Below the pieces are notes generated by a model. The model saw nothing but the letters and a program-made list of their open reading frames with translations. It was not told where the DNA came from and did not search any database. A stretch of 64,000 nucleotides of DNA from NCBI GenBank assembly GCA_050249615.1, contig JBFWQE010000003.1:34622-98621 (forward strand), given 5' to 3'. The stretch's first letter is position 1; each line of letters opens with the position of its first letter. The DNA comes from Vicinamibacterales bacterium (GTDB lineage: Bacteria; Acidobacteriota; Vicinamibacteria; Vicinamibacterales; UBA2999). The translations under genes and the position numbers were made by a program. Shown one piece after another: positions 25,793-35,114 of this stretch.

Positions 25793-27937
25793 TCAGAAGG
25801 TCACGCCCGCGCTCACGCCGAAGGTGCGCGGCCGGCCCATCTCGCCGATGAAACCGGACGGCGTGAACCCGGGATACGGGAACGCCACCGGCACGTAGCG
25901 CGTGTCGAACGCGTTTCGCACCCACGCCTCGGCAAAGAAGTACTGGCTGCGGAACCCGCCGCGCACGTTCACCAGCGAGTACGCCTCCTGGCTGGCCGTG
26001 TTCGCATCGTCGAACTGCATCTCGCCATAGAAGACCGCATCCGCTCGCCCGAAGAGCGTGATGGCATCGGTGAGAGGCCGCTCGACACGGGCCCCGAGGG
26101 CCGCGGTGTAGTCCGGCGCGTTCGGAAGGGTGTTGCCCGACACGTCCGCGCCTGACGAGACGCTGCCGTCGCCGAAACGCGCGTGGGTATAGCCGAAGTT
26201 GCCGAACAGCTCGACCTGCGGATGCGGCTTGGCGGCCAGCTCGAATTCGACGCCGCGGCTGCGGGCCTCCCCGACGTTCGCAATGTAGAACTGCCCGGGC
26301 ACGAAGGGGTTTGGCACGTTGAGCTGCATGTCGTTCCAGCTGATGTGGAAGGCCGCGGCGGACGCCGAGACGCGGCCCGCCGCGAAGGTACCCTTCACGC
26401 CGCCCTCGGCGTGCCACGCCGTTTCCTTGTCGTAGCCCTCGGCGCCCGGGGGGGAGGCCGGGTTCCAGCCGCCGGCCTTGAAGCCCTGGCTGAGGGATCC
26501 GTAGACCATCAGGTCGGGTTGCGGGCGGTAAGCCAGCGCCACCTGCGGCGAGGTGTTCGTGTACGAGCGCTCACTGTTGACCAGCGAGGCCGGGACGAGT
26601 GCCGGCACGAGGTAGTTGCCGAGCACCGCCTCCTTGTCCTCGTGGTCGAACCGCGCACCGAACATGAGATCCAGCTGGTCGTCCAGGATGAGCGTGGCCT
26701 GCCCGAAGATGCCCATGCCGAAGTCGTCCAGCGACGCTTCCGGCGAGTACTGCTGAATGGGGAAGTCCACGAATGGAGAGAAGACGAACGGGGCAATGGT
26801 GTTCACCGCCAGCTGGTCGTAGCCCTGCGTGAAGAGCATCACACCCGCCTGCCACTTGAGCGCGAGCGCGTCGGTGAGCTGGAGCGGGGCGTTCACGGGC
26901 GAGGCGGCGCGGACCTCCTGCGTGAACTGCACGCTCTCCTCGGCGTTGTTTCGGGTGGCCAGCGGCAGCGGGGAGTAATCGAGATCGGTGGCATCCTCGG
27001 TCTGCCAGCTCACGAAACCGGTGCTGCTCGTGAACGTGACCCGCTCGCCTTCGCCGCGCAGCATCACCGTCGTGGCCTTGATGTCGCGGTGCGTGTAGCC
27101 CTCGTAGTCGCGCGCGACGCGGAAGGGCGTCGCGCGCAGTTGATCGAGATCCCCCAGCGCGTAGTCGCCGTCGCGGTCACGCTCGGCGCTGAAGATGACG
27201 CGGGCCTCCCAGTTCTGCTTCGGCACCCACATGAGCTGCGCCTTGCCGAACGTGCCGGAGCGGAAGTCCAGGTCGTTGCCGGTCACGCCGTTGGTCGTAT
27301 AGCCCTCCCGCTCCTGCTTCCCGAGCGAGAAGCTCACCGCGACCGAATCCGAGAGGGGACCCGACACGCTGCCACGCACCTCGCGCGACGCGACGTTGGC
27401 GAACGGCGCAGCGATGGTGCCCGTCCAGCCCGAGAGGGACGGCCGCACGCTCGACACGTTCACGACGCCCCCGAGTGCGTTCCGGCCATAGAGGGGGCTC
27501 TGCGGGCCACGCACGAACTCGATCTGCGAGACATCGAGCAGCTCGATGCTGGACGAGTTCGCGTTCAACTGCGGCACGCCGTCGATGTAGGTGGTGACCG
27601 CGGGGTTGGCCGGGCTGGCGCCGATGCCGCGGAACCGCGGGTTGCTCCCCTTGCGCGCCGTGAACTCCGTGAAAAACGTGTTCGGCGCGAAGAACGCGGC
27701 GTCGCTGACGATGCGCACGCCGGCCGAGGCGAGCGTCGCCTGCGTCACCGCGGTCACGCTCCCGGGAATCGATTTCACGTCCGCCGGCTCCTTCTGTGCC
27801 GTCACGACGACGGTCGGCAGGGTGATGGAGGGCGGCTGGTTGGACGACTGCGCACCGGCCACGCGGGGAAGGAGAAAAGAAGTCAGGGCCGCTGTCAGGA
27901 CGACTGGCGCACGGCGCGGAAGATCGCGAGCAGGCAT
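25793..27937 (-). CDS. TonB-dependent outer-membrane receptor
   Basis: 714 aa. Signal peptide, plug region (TVVVTAQKEPADVKSIPGSVTAV), a long beta-barrel, and a C-terminal aromatic residue (GVSAGVTF). Confidence 0.9.
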   Translation of the reverse strand: MPARDLPRRAPVVLTAALTSFLLPRVAGAQSSNQPPSITLPTVVVTAQKEPADVKSIPGSVTAVTQATLASAGVRIVSDAAFFAPNTFFTEFTARKGSNPRFRGIGASPANPAVTTYIDGVPQLNANSSSIELLDVSQIEFVRGPQSPLYGRNALGGVVNVSSVRPSLSGWTGTIAAPFANVASREVRGSVSGPLSDSVAVSFSLGKQEREGYTTNGVTGNDLDFRSGTFGKAQLMWVPKQNWEARVIFSAERDRDGDYALGDLDQLRATPFRVARDYEGYTHRDIKATTVMLRGEGERVTFTSSTGFVSWQTEDATDLDYSPLPLATRNNAEESVQFTQEVRAASPVNAPLQLTDALALKWQAGVMLFTQGYDQLAVNTIAPFVFSPFVDFPIQQYSPEASLDDFGMGIFGQATLILDDQLDLMFGARFDHEDKEAVLGNYLVPALVPASLVNSERSYTNTSPQVALAYRPQPDLMVYGSLSQGFKAGGWNPASPPGAEGYDKETAWHAEGGVKGTFAAGRVSASAAAFHISWNDMQLNVPNPFVPGQFYIANVGEARSRGVEFELAAKPHPQVELFGNFGYTHARFGDGSVSSGADVSGNTLPNAPDYTAALGARVERPLTDAITLFGRADAVFYGEMQFDDANTASQEAYSLVNVRGGFRSQYFFAEAWVRNAFDTRYVPVAFPYPGFTPSGFIGEMGRPRTFGVSAGVTF

Positions 27938-27950
27938 CGGGACATTATGA

Positions 27951-28022
27951 CGGTTCTGAGGTTCTCGGGTTCTCAGGTTCTCGGGTTCTCGGGTTCTCGG
28001 GTTCTCAGGTTCTGGGGTTCGG
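27951..28022. repeat. Tandem octamer array (GGTTCTSN), 9 units, in the same orientation as 25598..25662
   Basis: ggttctga ggttctcg ggttctca ggttctcg ggttctcg ggttctcg ggttctca ggttctgg ggttcggg. Fills most of the 87-nt gap between the receptor start (27937) and the upstream gene's stop (28025). Confidence 0.95.
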
Positions 28023-28024
28023 GT

Positions 28025-30316
28025 TCAGTGAAGGGCGAGCGTCCAGATGTTGCCGCGGAGTTCGCCGCGTTCGAAGACCACCACGTCGTTCCGCGGCGAC
28101 CATTCGGGGTAGCGGAGATAGACGTGGGGTGGGACGGGTGGTGTGATGGTGCCCTGACGGCCAGTGGCCACCTCCACCCAGCGCAGGCTCCACGTCCCAT
28201 TGCGAAGTGCGGCGACGGCCACGTTCTTCCCGTCCGGCGACCAGCTGCGCACCCATGTCTGGCCCCGCTCCCGGGTGATCTGCCGATGCTCGCCCGTGCG
28301 GGCGTCCACGACGACCAGGTGCGTGGAGCTGCCGTCTTTGAGCTCGGCGGCAATCTGGCGCTCGTCGGGCGACCATGCGGGATAGCCGATCCAGTACGCC
28401 GGGTCGGTGAGCCGCCGGGGCGCAAAGGCGTCGACGGGGCTGACGAAGAGCGTCCGCCGTCCTTCAGGGGGACTGGCTACCGCGACCACGGCGCCGGCCA
28501 TCGAGGGCGAGAGCTCGAACTCGTGGGGCGTTGCGCCGGTGAGGCCGGTCCGGGCGGACGCACCGAGCTCGACGAAGGGCTCCTCGCGGCGAGTCGTCAC
28601 GTCCACCGACCATAGACCGTAGCTCTCGTTGCCGCGGTTCGTGAGATACGCCAGGCGGCGGCTGTCGGGAAACCAGGCGGGCTTTCCATCGGACGTTTCG
28701 TTCGAGGTGACCTGCACGCGGTTGGCGCCGTCGATGTCCATCACCCAGACGTTGGGCGGCTCGCCGCGGCGCGTGGACATGTACGCGATGCGCCTGCCGT
28801 CGGGCGAGACGACCGCCGCGGAGTTCCGCCGGCTGGTGTCCGTGGTGACGGCGCGCGCGGCTCCCGACGGCGAACCGTCGGCCCTGATGGGCTGCGACCA
28901 GATCTGGCTGTTGAGGCCCAGGCCTCCGAACGCAAGGCGCCTCCCATCGGCGGAAACCGACAGGCCCCGCACGCCGGGCACGCCGGGGATGGGAATGGTC
29001 TCGATCGGTCCCGCGAGGCGCCCGTCCTTCGGATCCAGGGGCAGGCGATGAATGAGCGCCTCGCCGCCGGCGGCATAGAGGGCCGAGCCATCTGGCGCGA
29101 ACGCCACCTCGTACAACCCACGGCGGTTGACGAGCGCGGTGACGTCGCCGGTGCGAAGCGAGACCACCCAGACCCCGTTGTTGCGACCCCCGTCTGCCAC
29201 CGTGAACGCCACGTGGTGGCCGTCCGGGCTCCACGCCGGAGCGGCGTGGCCGCCGATGGGGTGGCCCACGCGGGTCAGTGGCCGCAGGTTCGTGCCGTCC
29301 GCCCCCACCATCCACAAGGTCGAGCCGTTCTGCGCGCCGAACGCACTGGGCGTGACGTCAGCGTGCTCGTCCGACTGGAAGGCGATGAGCCGCCCATCCG
29401 GTGACCACGCGGGGTTTGCACCCTCCACCGCGATCTGCCGCGGCACGCCGCCGTGCGCAGGGACGACCCAGATACCGCCGTTCACCGAGGAGTGATACGC
29501 GAGCTGCGTGCCGTCGGGGGACCACGCCGGCTGCAGGTTGTGCCCCCCGTCGCTGGTCAGCATTCGATCGACCGCCGCGTCGGCGAGCGGCCGGACGTAG
29601 ATCTCGATGGACCCACTGCGATCCGACGCAAAGGCCAGGGCGTCGCCCCTTGGCGAGAGCGCGGGGTGCAGGTCGAGGCCGTCGTGCGTGGTGACCTGCA
29701 CGGGCCAGGCGAGGTCACGCCGCGCGGCAGGCGGCGGAGCAGTCCCGGCTTCCGCGCCCGGCGCCGAGCTGTCGGTGCCCGATGTCCAGAGACCCGCAGC
29801 GAACAGGACGACGAGAACGGTGGCCAGACCAACCGGCCAGGCCCGCCATCGGCCTGGCCCGGGCAGGCCTTGCGGGATCCCTTTGGCAGAGGCCGGACTG
29901 TCACCACCGTCCTGCGCGTGCGCGCGGGACTGACCGGGCCCTGGCGCGCGTGGCGCCGAGGTTGGTGACGAGGCGCCGGTCGCCTGAACCAGGCTGACCG
30001 GGCGGAGCCAGCGGTAGCCGCGCGTGGGAACGGTCTCTATGTACCTGGGCTCGCGGGAATCGTCCCCGAGGACGCGCCGCAACTGGGCGACGACGCGCGT
30101 GAGGGCGTGATCGGTGACGGCGGTGCCGGGCCAGACGCTGTCGAAGATCTCCTGCTTCGTGAAGAGATGGCCGGGCTCGGCCACCAGGAGCGCCAGCAGG
30201 TCGAGCGCCTTCGGCTCCACGGCCAGCATCTCGCCCCGGCGTTCGAGCCGGAACGCGTCCAGGTCGAGCCTGAAGTCGTCCCACTCGTATCGTGCCGATC
30301 CCGCTCGTCGCTCCAC
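28025..30316 (-). CDS. CadC/OmpR-type winged-helix DNA-binding domain, TM segment and TolB-like (PD40/WD40) beta-propeller repeats
   Basis: 763 aa. N-terminus FRLDLDAFRLERRGEMLAVEPKALDLLALLV...IETVPTRGYRWL. TM helix WPVGLATVLVVLFAAGLW. Many ...SPDG..IAF... repeats. Confidence 0.85.
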   Translation of the reverse strand: MERRAGSARYEWDDFRLDLDAFRLERRGEMLAVEPKALDLLALLVAEPGHLFTKQEIFDSVWPGTAVTDHALTRVVAQLRRVLGDDSREPRYIETVPTRGYRWLRPVSLVQATGASSPTSAPRAPGPGQSRAHAQDGGDSPASAKGIPQGLPGPGRWRAWPVGLATVLVVLFAAGLWTSGTDSSAPGAEAGTAPPPAARRDLAWPVQVTTHDGLDLHPALSPRGDALAFASDRSGSIEIYVRPLADAAVDRMLTSDGGHNLQPAWSPDGTQLAYHSSVNGGIWVVPAHGGVPRQIAVEGANPAWSPDGRLIAFQSDEHADVTPSAFGAQNGSTLWMVGADGTNLRPLTRVGHPIGGHAAPAWSPDGHHVAFTVADGGRNNGVWVVSLRTGDVTALVNRRGLYEVAFAPDGSALYAAGGEALIHRLPLDPKDGRLAGPIETIPIPGVPGVRGLSVSADGRRLAFGGLGLNSQIWSQPIRADGSPSGAARAVTTDTSRRNSAAVVSPDGRRIAYMSTRRGEPPNVWVMDIDGANRVQVTSNETSDGKPAWFPDSRRLAYLTNRGNESYGLWSVDVTTRREEPFVELGASARTGLTGATPHEFELSPSMAGAVVAVASPPEGRRTLFVSPVDAFAPRRLTDPAYWIGYPAWSPDERQIAAELKDGSSTHLVVVDARTGEHRQITRERGQTWVRSWSPDGKNVAVAALRNGTWSLRWVEVATGRQGTITPPVPPHVYLRYPEWSPRNDVVVFERGELRGNIWTLALH

Positions 30317-30411
30317 CGTTTCGCCCTTTCCGCCCGCTCATCAGGGAATCGTCATCGTAAGGTCAGGCTGCCCTCAGGACTTGCCCCTCGGGCCACTCGC
30401 ATGGTCGAACC

Positions 30412-31281
30412 ATGCGATTCCTCCTCACCTTCCTGGTGATCACCTCGGCGACGGGATCAGGACTGGCGCAGCGGGCCATGGCCGAAGGTCCCCATACCAC
30501 CTTTGTCCTACAGATGGACGGCGGTATCAGCCTTCCGGTTCGGATCGGTGGCGCAGGCCCGTTCAGGTTCCGACTGGACACCGGCGCCAGCCGGACGGTG
30601 GTGGCCGCCCACGTGGGGGAACGGCTCGGGTTGCGCCCGGCGGGGGATACCCTCGTTGTGACGCACGTGGGCCGGGTACGGCGGTCGCTGGTGAGGCTCG
30701 AAAGGCTGACCATCGGAGACCGCGAAGTCGAGGGGGCGCCGGATGCGCTGCTGCTGCCGGCCGGGGACCTCGACCCAGCCGGCCGCGTGGACGGGCTCGT
30801 TGGATGCGACGTTCTCGGGGCGCTGGCCTTCACCATCGACTACGGGCGGCGGCGAATCGTCTGGCACGGCGAGCCGGTCCCGGACAGTCCAAGCGGGACC
30901 CGCGTGGCGCTCGAAATCACTGGCGGAAGGGCCACCGTCACCCTGCCCCAGCGGTCGGGCCCCCTGAGCGCGCTTCGCATGGTGCCCGACACGGGAGCCG
31001 ACACTCTCGTGCTGCTGGCCCGGCCCGGCCGCGCCCTGCCGTTCGTCACACCGCTCGACACCGTTCGGGTGAGGGGCGTGGCCGGGAGCCTACCGGCCAG
31101 GCGCGTGCTCGTGCAGAATCTGGATGTCGGGACCATCCGGCTCGGCGACCAGGTGGGGCTGCTGCTGGACGGGGCATCCGCTGGCCCGTTCATGGGTGAC
31201 GGCTTGCTGCCGCTTCACCTCTTCAGCCGCGTGACATTCGACGGGCCGGGGGGCTATGTGATTATCGACGGAAGCGAGTGA
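30412..31281 (+). CDS. Secreted retropepsin-like aspartic protease with two D-T-G-A lobes
   Basis: 289 aa with a signal peptide. FRLDTGASRTVV and MVPDTGADTLVLL lie about 140 residues apart. Confidence 0.7.
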   Translation: MRFLLTFLVITSATGSGLAQRAMAEGPHTTFVLQMDGGISLPVRIGGAGPFRFRLDTGASRTVVAAHVGERLGLRPAGDTLVVTHVGRVRRSLVRLERLTIGDREVEGAPDALLLPAGDLDPAGRVDGLVGCDVLGALAFTIDYGRRRIVWHGEPVPDSPSGTRVALEITGGRATVTLPQRSGPLSALRMVPDTGADTLVLLARPGRALPFVTPLDTVRVRGVAGSLPARRVLVQNLDVGTIRLGDQVGLLLDGASAGPFMGDGLLPLHLFSRVTFDGPGGYVIIDGSE

Positions 31282-31556
31282 GCGATATGGCGACGGTGCG
31301 ATTCACGCGCAACATCCAGCGTCACGTGGCTTGCCCCACGCTCGAGGTGCCCGGCTCGACGCTTCGCGAGGTGTTCGACGCGTACTTCGCGGGCAACGAG
31401 CGCGCGCGCGGGTACGTGCTGGACGATCGTGGCAAGCTGCGTCATCACATGGCCGCGTTCATCGATGGCCGCCAGATCGACGACCGGGAGCGGCTGAGCG
31501 ACCCCGTTGCGCCCGGGGCGGTCATCGACATCGTGCAGGCGCTGTCAGGAGGGTGA
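31278..31556 (+). CDS. MoaD/ThiS-like beta-grasp (ubiquitin-like) protein ending in Gly-Gly
   Basis: 92 aa (GTG at 31278 overlapping the previous stop, or ATG at 31287). C-terminus DIVQALSGG followed by the stop. Confidence 0.7.
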   Translation: MSDMATVRFTRNIQRHVACPTLEVPGSTLREVFDAYFAGNERARGYVLDDRGKLRHHMAAFIDGRQIDDRERLSDPVAPGAVIDIVQALSGG

Positions 31557-31560
31557 CGTG

Positions 31561-32670
31561 ATGGTCCCGCGATGCCACGTGTCCACGCGCAAAGGCCTGT
31601 TCACCATCGAGCGCGGCGCCGGCGCGTGGAGCATCACGCGCACCAGCTTCCTCGGCGACAACGTGACCCTGGCGCTGCACGACCCGCGCACCGGCCACCT
31701 GTTCGCGGCCCTCAATCACGGCCACTTCGGCGTGAAGCTGCATCGCTCCGAAGACGGCGGCGCCACGTGGAAGGAGATTGCGGCGCCGACGTACCCGCCG
31801 AAACCGGAGGGGTACGTCCCGAAGATCCCCGCCGAAGGGGCGCCGGCCGACTGGTCGCTCAAGCTGATCTGGGCTCTGGCGGCCGGTGGTCCGGGCGAGC
31901 CGGGCGTGCTCTGGTGCGGGACCCTGCCTGGCGGACTCTTCCGATCGGAGGACAACGGCGACTCCTGGGCGCTCAACCGCCCACTCTGGGACGATCCGCG
32001 TCGCGAGGAGTGGTTTGGCGGCGGCGCGGATCATCCGGGGATCCACAGCGTGCTGGTGGATCCACGTGACGCGCGGCACGTGACGATTGGGGTGTCGTGC
32101 GGCGGCGTGTGGACCACGCGTGACGCGGGAACGAGCTGGGAGCTGACGGCCACCGGCATGCGCGCCGAGTTCATGCCGCCGGAGCGCCAGTTCGAGCCAA
32201 ACATCCAGGACCCGCACATGCTGGCGCGGTGCCACGCGAACCCCGACGTGATGTGGGCGCAGCACCACAACGGCATCTTCAAGTCGGACGACGGCGCGCG
32301 CACGTGGACCGAGATCACGGGCGTGCATCCCTCCACCTTCGGCTTCGCGGTGGCGGCCCATCCGCGTGACGAGCGCACGGCGTGGTTCGTGCCGGCGGTA
32401 AAGGACGAGACGCGCTACCCGGCGGAGGGTCGTGTGGTGGTCACGCGCACGCGCGACGGAGGCCGCACGTTCGAGACGCTCAGTCAGGGCCTGCCGCAGC
32501 ACCACGCGTACGACCTGGTGTATCGCCACGGGCTGGACGTGGACGAAACCGGCGACTGGCTCGTGTGCGGCTCGACGACGGGATCGCTCTGGGTCAGCGA
32601 GGACGGGGGCGACACGTGGTTGACGATCGCGGCGAACCTGCCGCCCATCTATGCGGTGAGCTTCGAGTGA
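31561..32670 (+). CDS. BNR/sialidase-like beta-propeller protein
   Basis: Track ORF 31507..32670 trimmed to the ATG at 31561 (GTG at 31558 is also possible). Repeated S-x-D-x-G-x-T-W type motifs (SEDGGATWKEI, SEDNGDSWAL, TRDAGTSWEL, SDDGARTWTEI, TRDGGRTFETL, SEDGGDTWLTI). Confidence 0.8.
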   Translation: MVPRCHVSTRKGLFTIERGAGAWSITRTSFLGDNVTLALHDPRTGHLFAALNHGHFGVKLHRSEDGGATWKEIAAPTYPPKPEGYVPKIPAEGAPADWSLKLIWALAAGGPGEPGVLWCGTLPGGLFRSEDNGDSWALNRPLWDDPRREEWFGGGADHPGIHSVLVDPRDARHVTIGVSCGGVWTTRDAGTSWELTATGMRAEFMPPERQFEPNIQDPHMLARCHANPDVMWAQHHNGIFKSDDGARTWTEITGVHPSTFGFAVAAHPRDERTAWFVPAVKDETRYPAEGRVVVTRTRDGGRTFETLSQGLPQHHAYDLVYRHGLDVDETGDWLVCGSTTGSLWVSEDGGDTWLTIAANLPPIYAVSFE

Positions 32671-32921
32671 AACGGAGTCGCGGCGCGGCCCGCGACGCCA
32701 TGAGGAAACCCGATAGGTCTCGTGACATTTCCGCATGTGAGCGGCCCGTCGGGCCCGCGCCTTCGGCCGTAAACGCCTGCCGCCGCGCGGCGTAAGTCTG
32801 GTCAGGGCCCCCGCGTGAAACCGGGGGGCCAGCAGGGCCGGTCCGCGCTAGAATACACACGCGTCCGGGAGTCTCTCGCCGGACGGCTGCCCGTTCGTGA
32901 GTCCCTGTCAGGAGTAAACCG

Positions 32922-35054
32922 ATGAAGCGCATCGCAATTCGAGTCGTGCCGGTGGTGGCGCTGCTCGTCGCGGGTGTCGCGTGGCTGACCCCGCGCGTGT
33001 CCGGACAGAGCGGTTCGATGCCGAGTACCAAGAACGGCGACTGGCCGATGTACACCGCCGACATCCACGGCAGCAAGTACTCGCCGCTCGACCAGATCAA
33101 CGCCGGCAACTTCAGCAAGCTCGAAGTGGCGTGGCGGTTCAAGACCGACAATCTCGGCCCCCGTCCCGAGACCAAGCTCGAAGGCACCCCGGTGAAGGTG
33201 GGCGACACGGTGTACGCCACAGCGGGCACGCGCCGGGCGGTGGTGGCGCTCAACGCCACGACCGGTGAGATGAAGTGGATGTACTCGATGGACGAGGGCG
33301 AGCGTGCGACGCGCTGGGCGCCCCGCCAGCTCTCGGGCCGAGGCCTGTCCTACTGGACCGACGGCAAGGGCGACGACCGGGTCGTCTACGTGACGACCGG
33401 CTATCGCCTGGTGTCGCTCAACGCCAAGACCGGCCAGCCCATCCCGACCTTCGGCGACAAGGGCGTCATCGACCTGAAGGTGGGCGTGGTCATCGGCAAG
33501 GACAAGCAGATCGACCTGGAGAAGGGCGAAATCGGCCTGCACTCCACGCCGCACATCGTCGGCGACGTGATCATCGTGGGCTCGTCGATGTTCGAGGGCC
33601 TGGGCTACGTGTACAGCACGAACGCCAAGGGCCTGGTCCGCGCCTATGACGCGCGCACCGGCAAGCAGCTCTGGCGCTTCAACACGATCCCGTATCCCGG
33701 CCAGTTCGGGAACGAGACGTGGGAGAACGGGTCCTGGGAGTGGACCGGCAACGTCGGCGTGTGGACGGAAATCACTTCCGACCCGGAGGCCGGGCTCGTG
33801 TACCTCCCGGTCGAGACGCCGACCATCGACGAGTACGGCGGCAACCGGCCAGGCGACAACCTCTTCGCCGAGAGCATCGTCGCGGTGGATATCAAGACCG
33901 GCCAGCGGAAGTGGTACTACCAGTTCGTGCACCACCCGCTGTGGGACCACGACATGTCGGCGTGGGGCCTCGTGATGGACGTGAACATCGACGGCAAGCC
34001 CCGCAAGGTGTTGGCCGTGCCCTCCAAGCAGGGCTGGCTGTACGTGTTCGACCGCATCACCGGGCAGCCCATCTGGCCGATCGAGGAGCGCCCCGTGCCG
34101 CAGAGCACCATGCACGGCGAGAAGACGGCAAAGACCCAGCCGTTCCCGACCAAGCCGGCGCCGTACTCGCGGACGCACGTCACGGAGAATGACCTCATCG
34201 ACTTCACTCCGGAGCTGCGCGCCCAGGCGCTCAAGAACCTTCAGAAGTTCCGCTGGGAGCCCATCCCCTACGTGCCACCCGTCGGCCCGGAGACCGACAA
34301 GTTCGGCACGATCAACATCGCCAACACCACCGGCGGCGTGAACTGGCCGGGCTCGGGCTTCGACCCGGAGACGGGCATCTTCTACACCCACGCCCACAAC
34401 TCCGCCATCACGGTGGCGAAGTACGACCATGAGGAGTTCGACAAGGTCAACCCCGACCAGTTCAAGAACAAGCCGCGCCTGCCGCGCTGGGAAGCGGAGC
34501 CGGACTACGGCCTGCGCCGCGAGCGGCCGGCCGGTGGCCCGGGTGGCGCTCCCGCCGTCCAGTTCCCGGGCATGTCGGGCCGTCGCGCGCTGGTCGAAGG
34601 ATTGGACGGACTCTCCATCATGAAGCCGCCCTACGGCGTGATGGCCGCCATCGACGTGAACAAGGGCGATCTCATGTGGCAGGTTCCGCACGGCGACACG
34701 CCGGACGTGGTCCGCAACAACCCGCGACTGCGCGGGATGAACATTCCGAAGACCGGCCAGCCGGGCAACGTGGGCGTGCTCATCACCAAGACCCTGCTCA
34801 TCGCGGGTGATCCGCAGGTGACCAACATCGAGCCGCGCGGCCGCGGCGCGATGCTGCGGGCCTATGACAAGAAGACCGGCCAGCAGGTCGGCGAGGTGCT
34901 GCTGCCGGCGCCGGTGGTGGGCCACCCGATGACCTATTCGGTGAACGGCCGCCAGTACATCATCGTCGGCGTGAGCGGCGGCAACTACACGGGCGAGTAC
35001 ATCGCGCTGCGCGCGCCGCAGACCGAGGCGACGCCGACCGCGCCGCGCCAGTAG
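32922..35054 (+). CDS. Soluble PQQ-dependent (quinoprotein) dehydrogenase, 8-bladed propeller family
   Basis: 710 aa with a signal peptide. N-terminus NGDWPMYTADIHGSKYSPLDQINAGNFSKLEVAWRF is typical of PQQ dehydrogenases. AGGAG lies 7 nt before the ATG. Confidence 0.8.
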   Translation: MKRIAIRVVPVVALLVAGVAWLTPRVSGQSGSMPSTKNGDWPMYTADIHGSKYSPLDQINAGNFSKLEVAWRFKTDNLGPRPETKLEGTPVKVGDTVYATAGTRRAVVALNATTGEMKWMYSMDEGERATRWAPRQLSGRGLSYWTDGKGDDRVVYVTTGYRLVSLNAKTGQPIPTFGDKGVIDLKVGVVIGKDKQIDLEKGEIGLHSTPHIVGDVIIVGSSMFEGLGYVYSTNAKGLVRAYDARTGKQLWRFNTIPYPGQFGNETWENGSWEWTGNVGVWTEITSDPEAGLVYLPVETPTIDEYGGNRPGDNLFAESIVAVDIKTGQRKWYYQFVHHPLWDHDMSAWGLVMDVNIDGKPRKVLAVPSKQGWLYVFDRITGQPIWPIEERPVPQSTMHGEKTAKTQPFPTKPAPYSRTHVTENDLIDFTPELRAQALKNLQKFRWEPIPYVPPVGPETDKFGTINIANTTGGVNWPGSGFDPETGIFYTHAHNSAITVAKYDHEEFDKVNPDQFKNKPRLPRWEAEPDYGLRRERPAGGPGGAPAVQFPGMSGRRALVEGLDGLSIMKPPYGVMAAIDVNKGDLMWQVPHGDTPDVVRNNPRLRGMNIPKTGQPGNVGVLITKTLLIAGDPQVTNIEPRGRGAMLRAYDKKTGQQVGEVLLPAPVVGHPMTYSVNGRQYIIVGVSGGNYTGEYIALRAPQTEATPTAPRQ

Positions 35055-35079
35055 GCAGGCACGAGGCAGAAGGCAGAGC

Positions 35080-35114
35080 GAGGGGCGGGAGCAATCCCGC
35101 CCCTCTTTCTTTTC
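35080..35114 (+). terminator. Rho-independent terminator between the convergent PQQ dehydrogenase and aminotransferase genes
   Basis: Perfect 11-bp stem GAGGGGCGGGA / TCCCGCCCCTC with loop GCAA, followed by TTTCTTTTC. The T-tract exists only for the plus direction. The A-rich tract on the other side overlaps the minus-strand stop codon. Confidence 0.75.

Noticed and set aside
25598-28022. The octamer arrays as CRISPR arrays
   Set aside because: The units are 8 nt long and directly abutting with no unique spacers. There are no cas genes and no leader. They are simple tandem repeats, not CRISPR.
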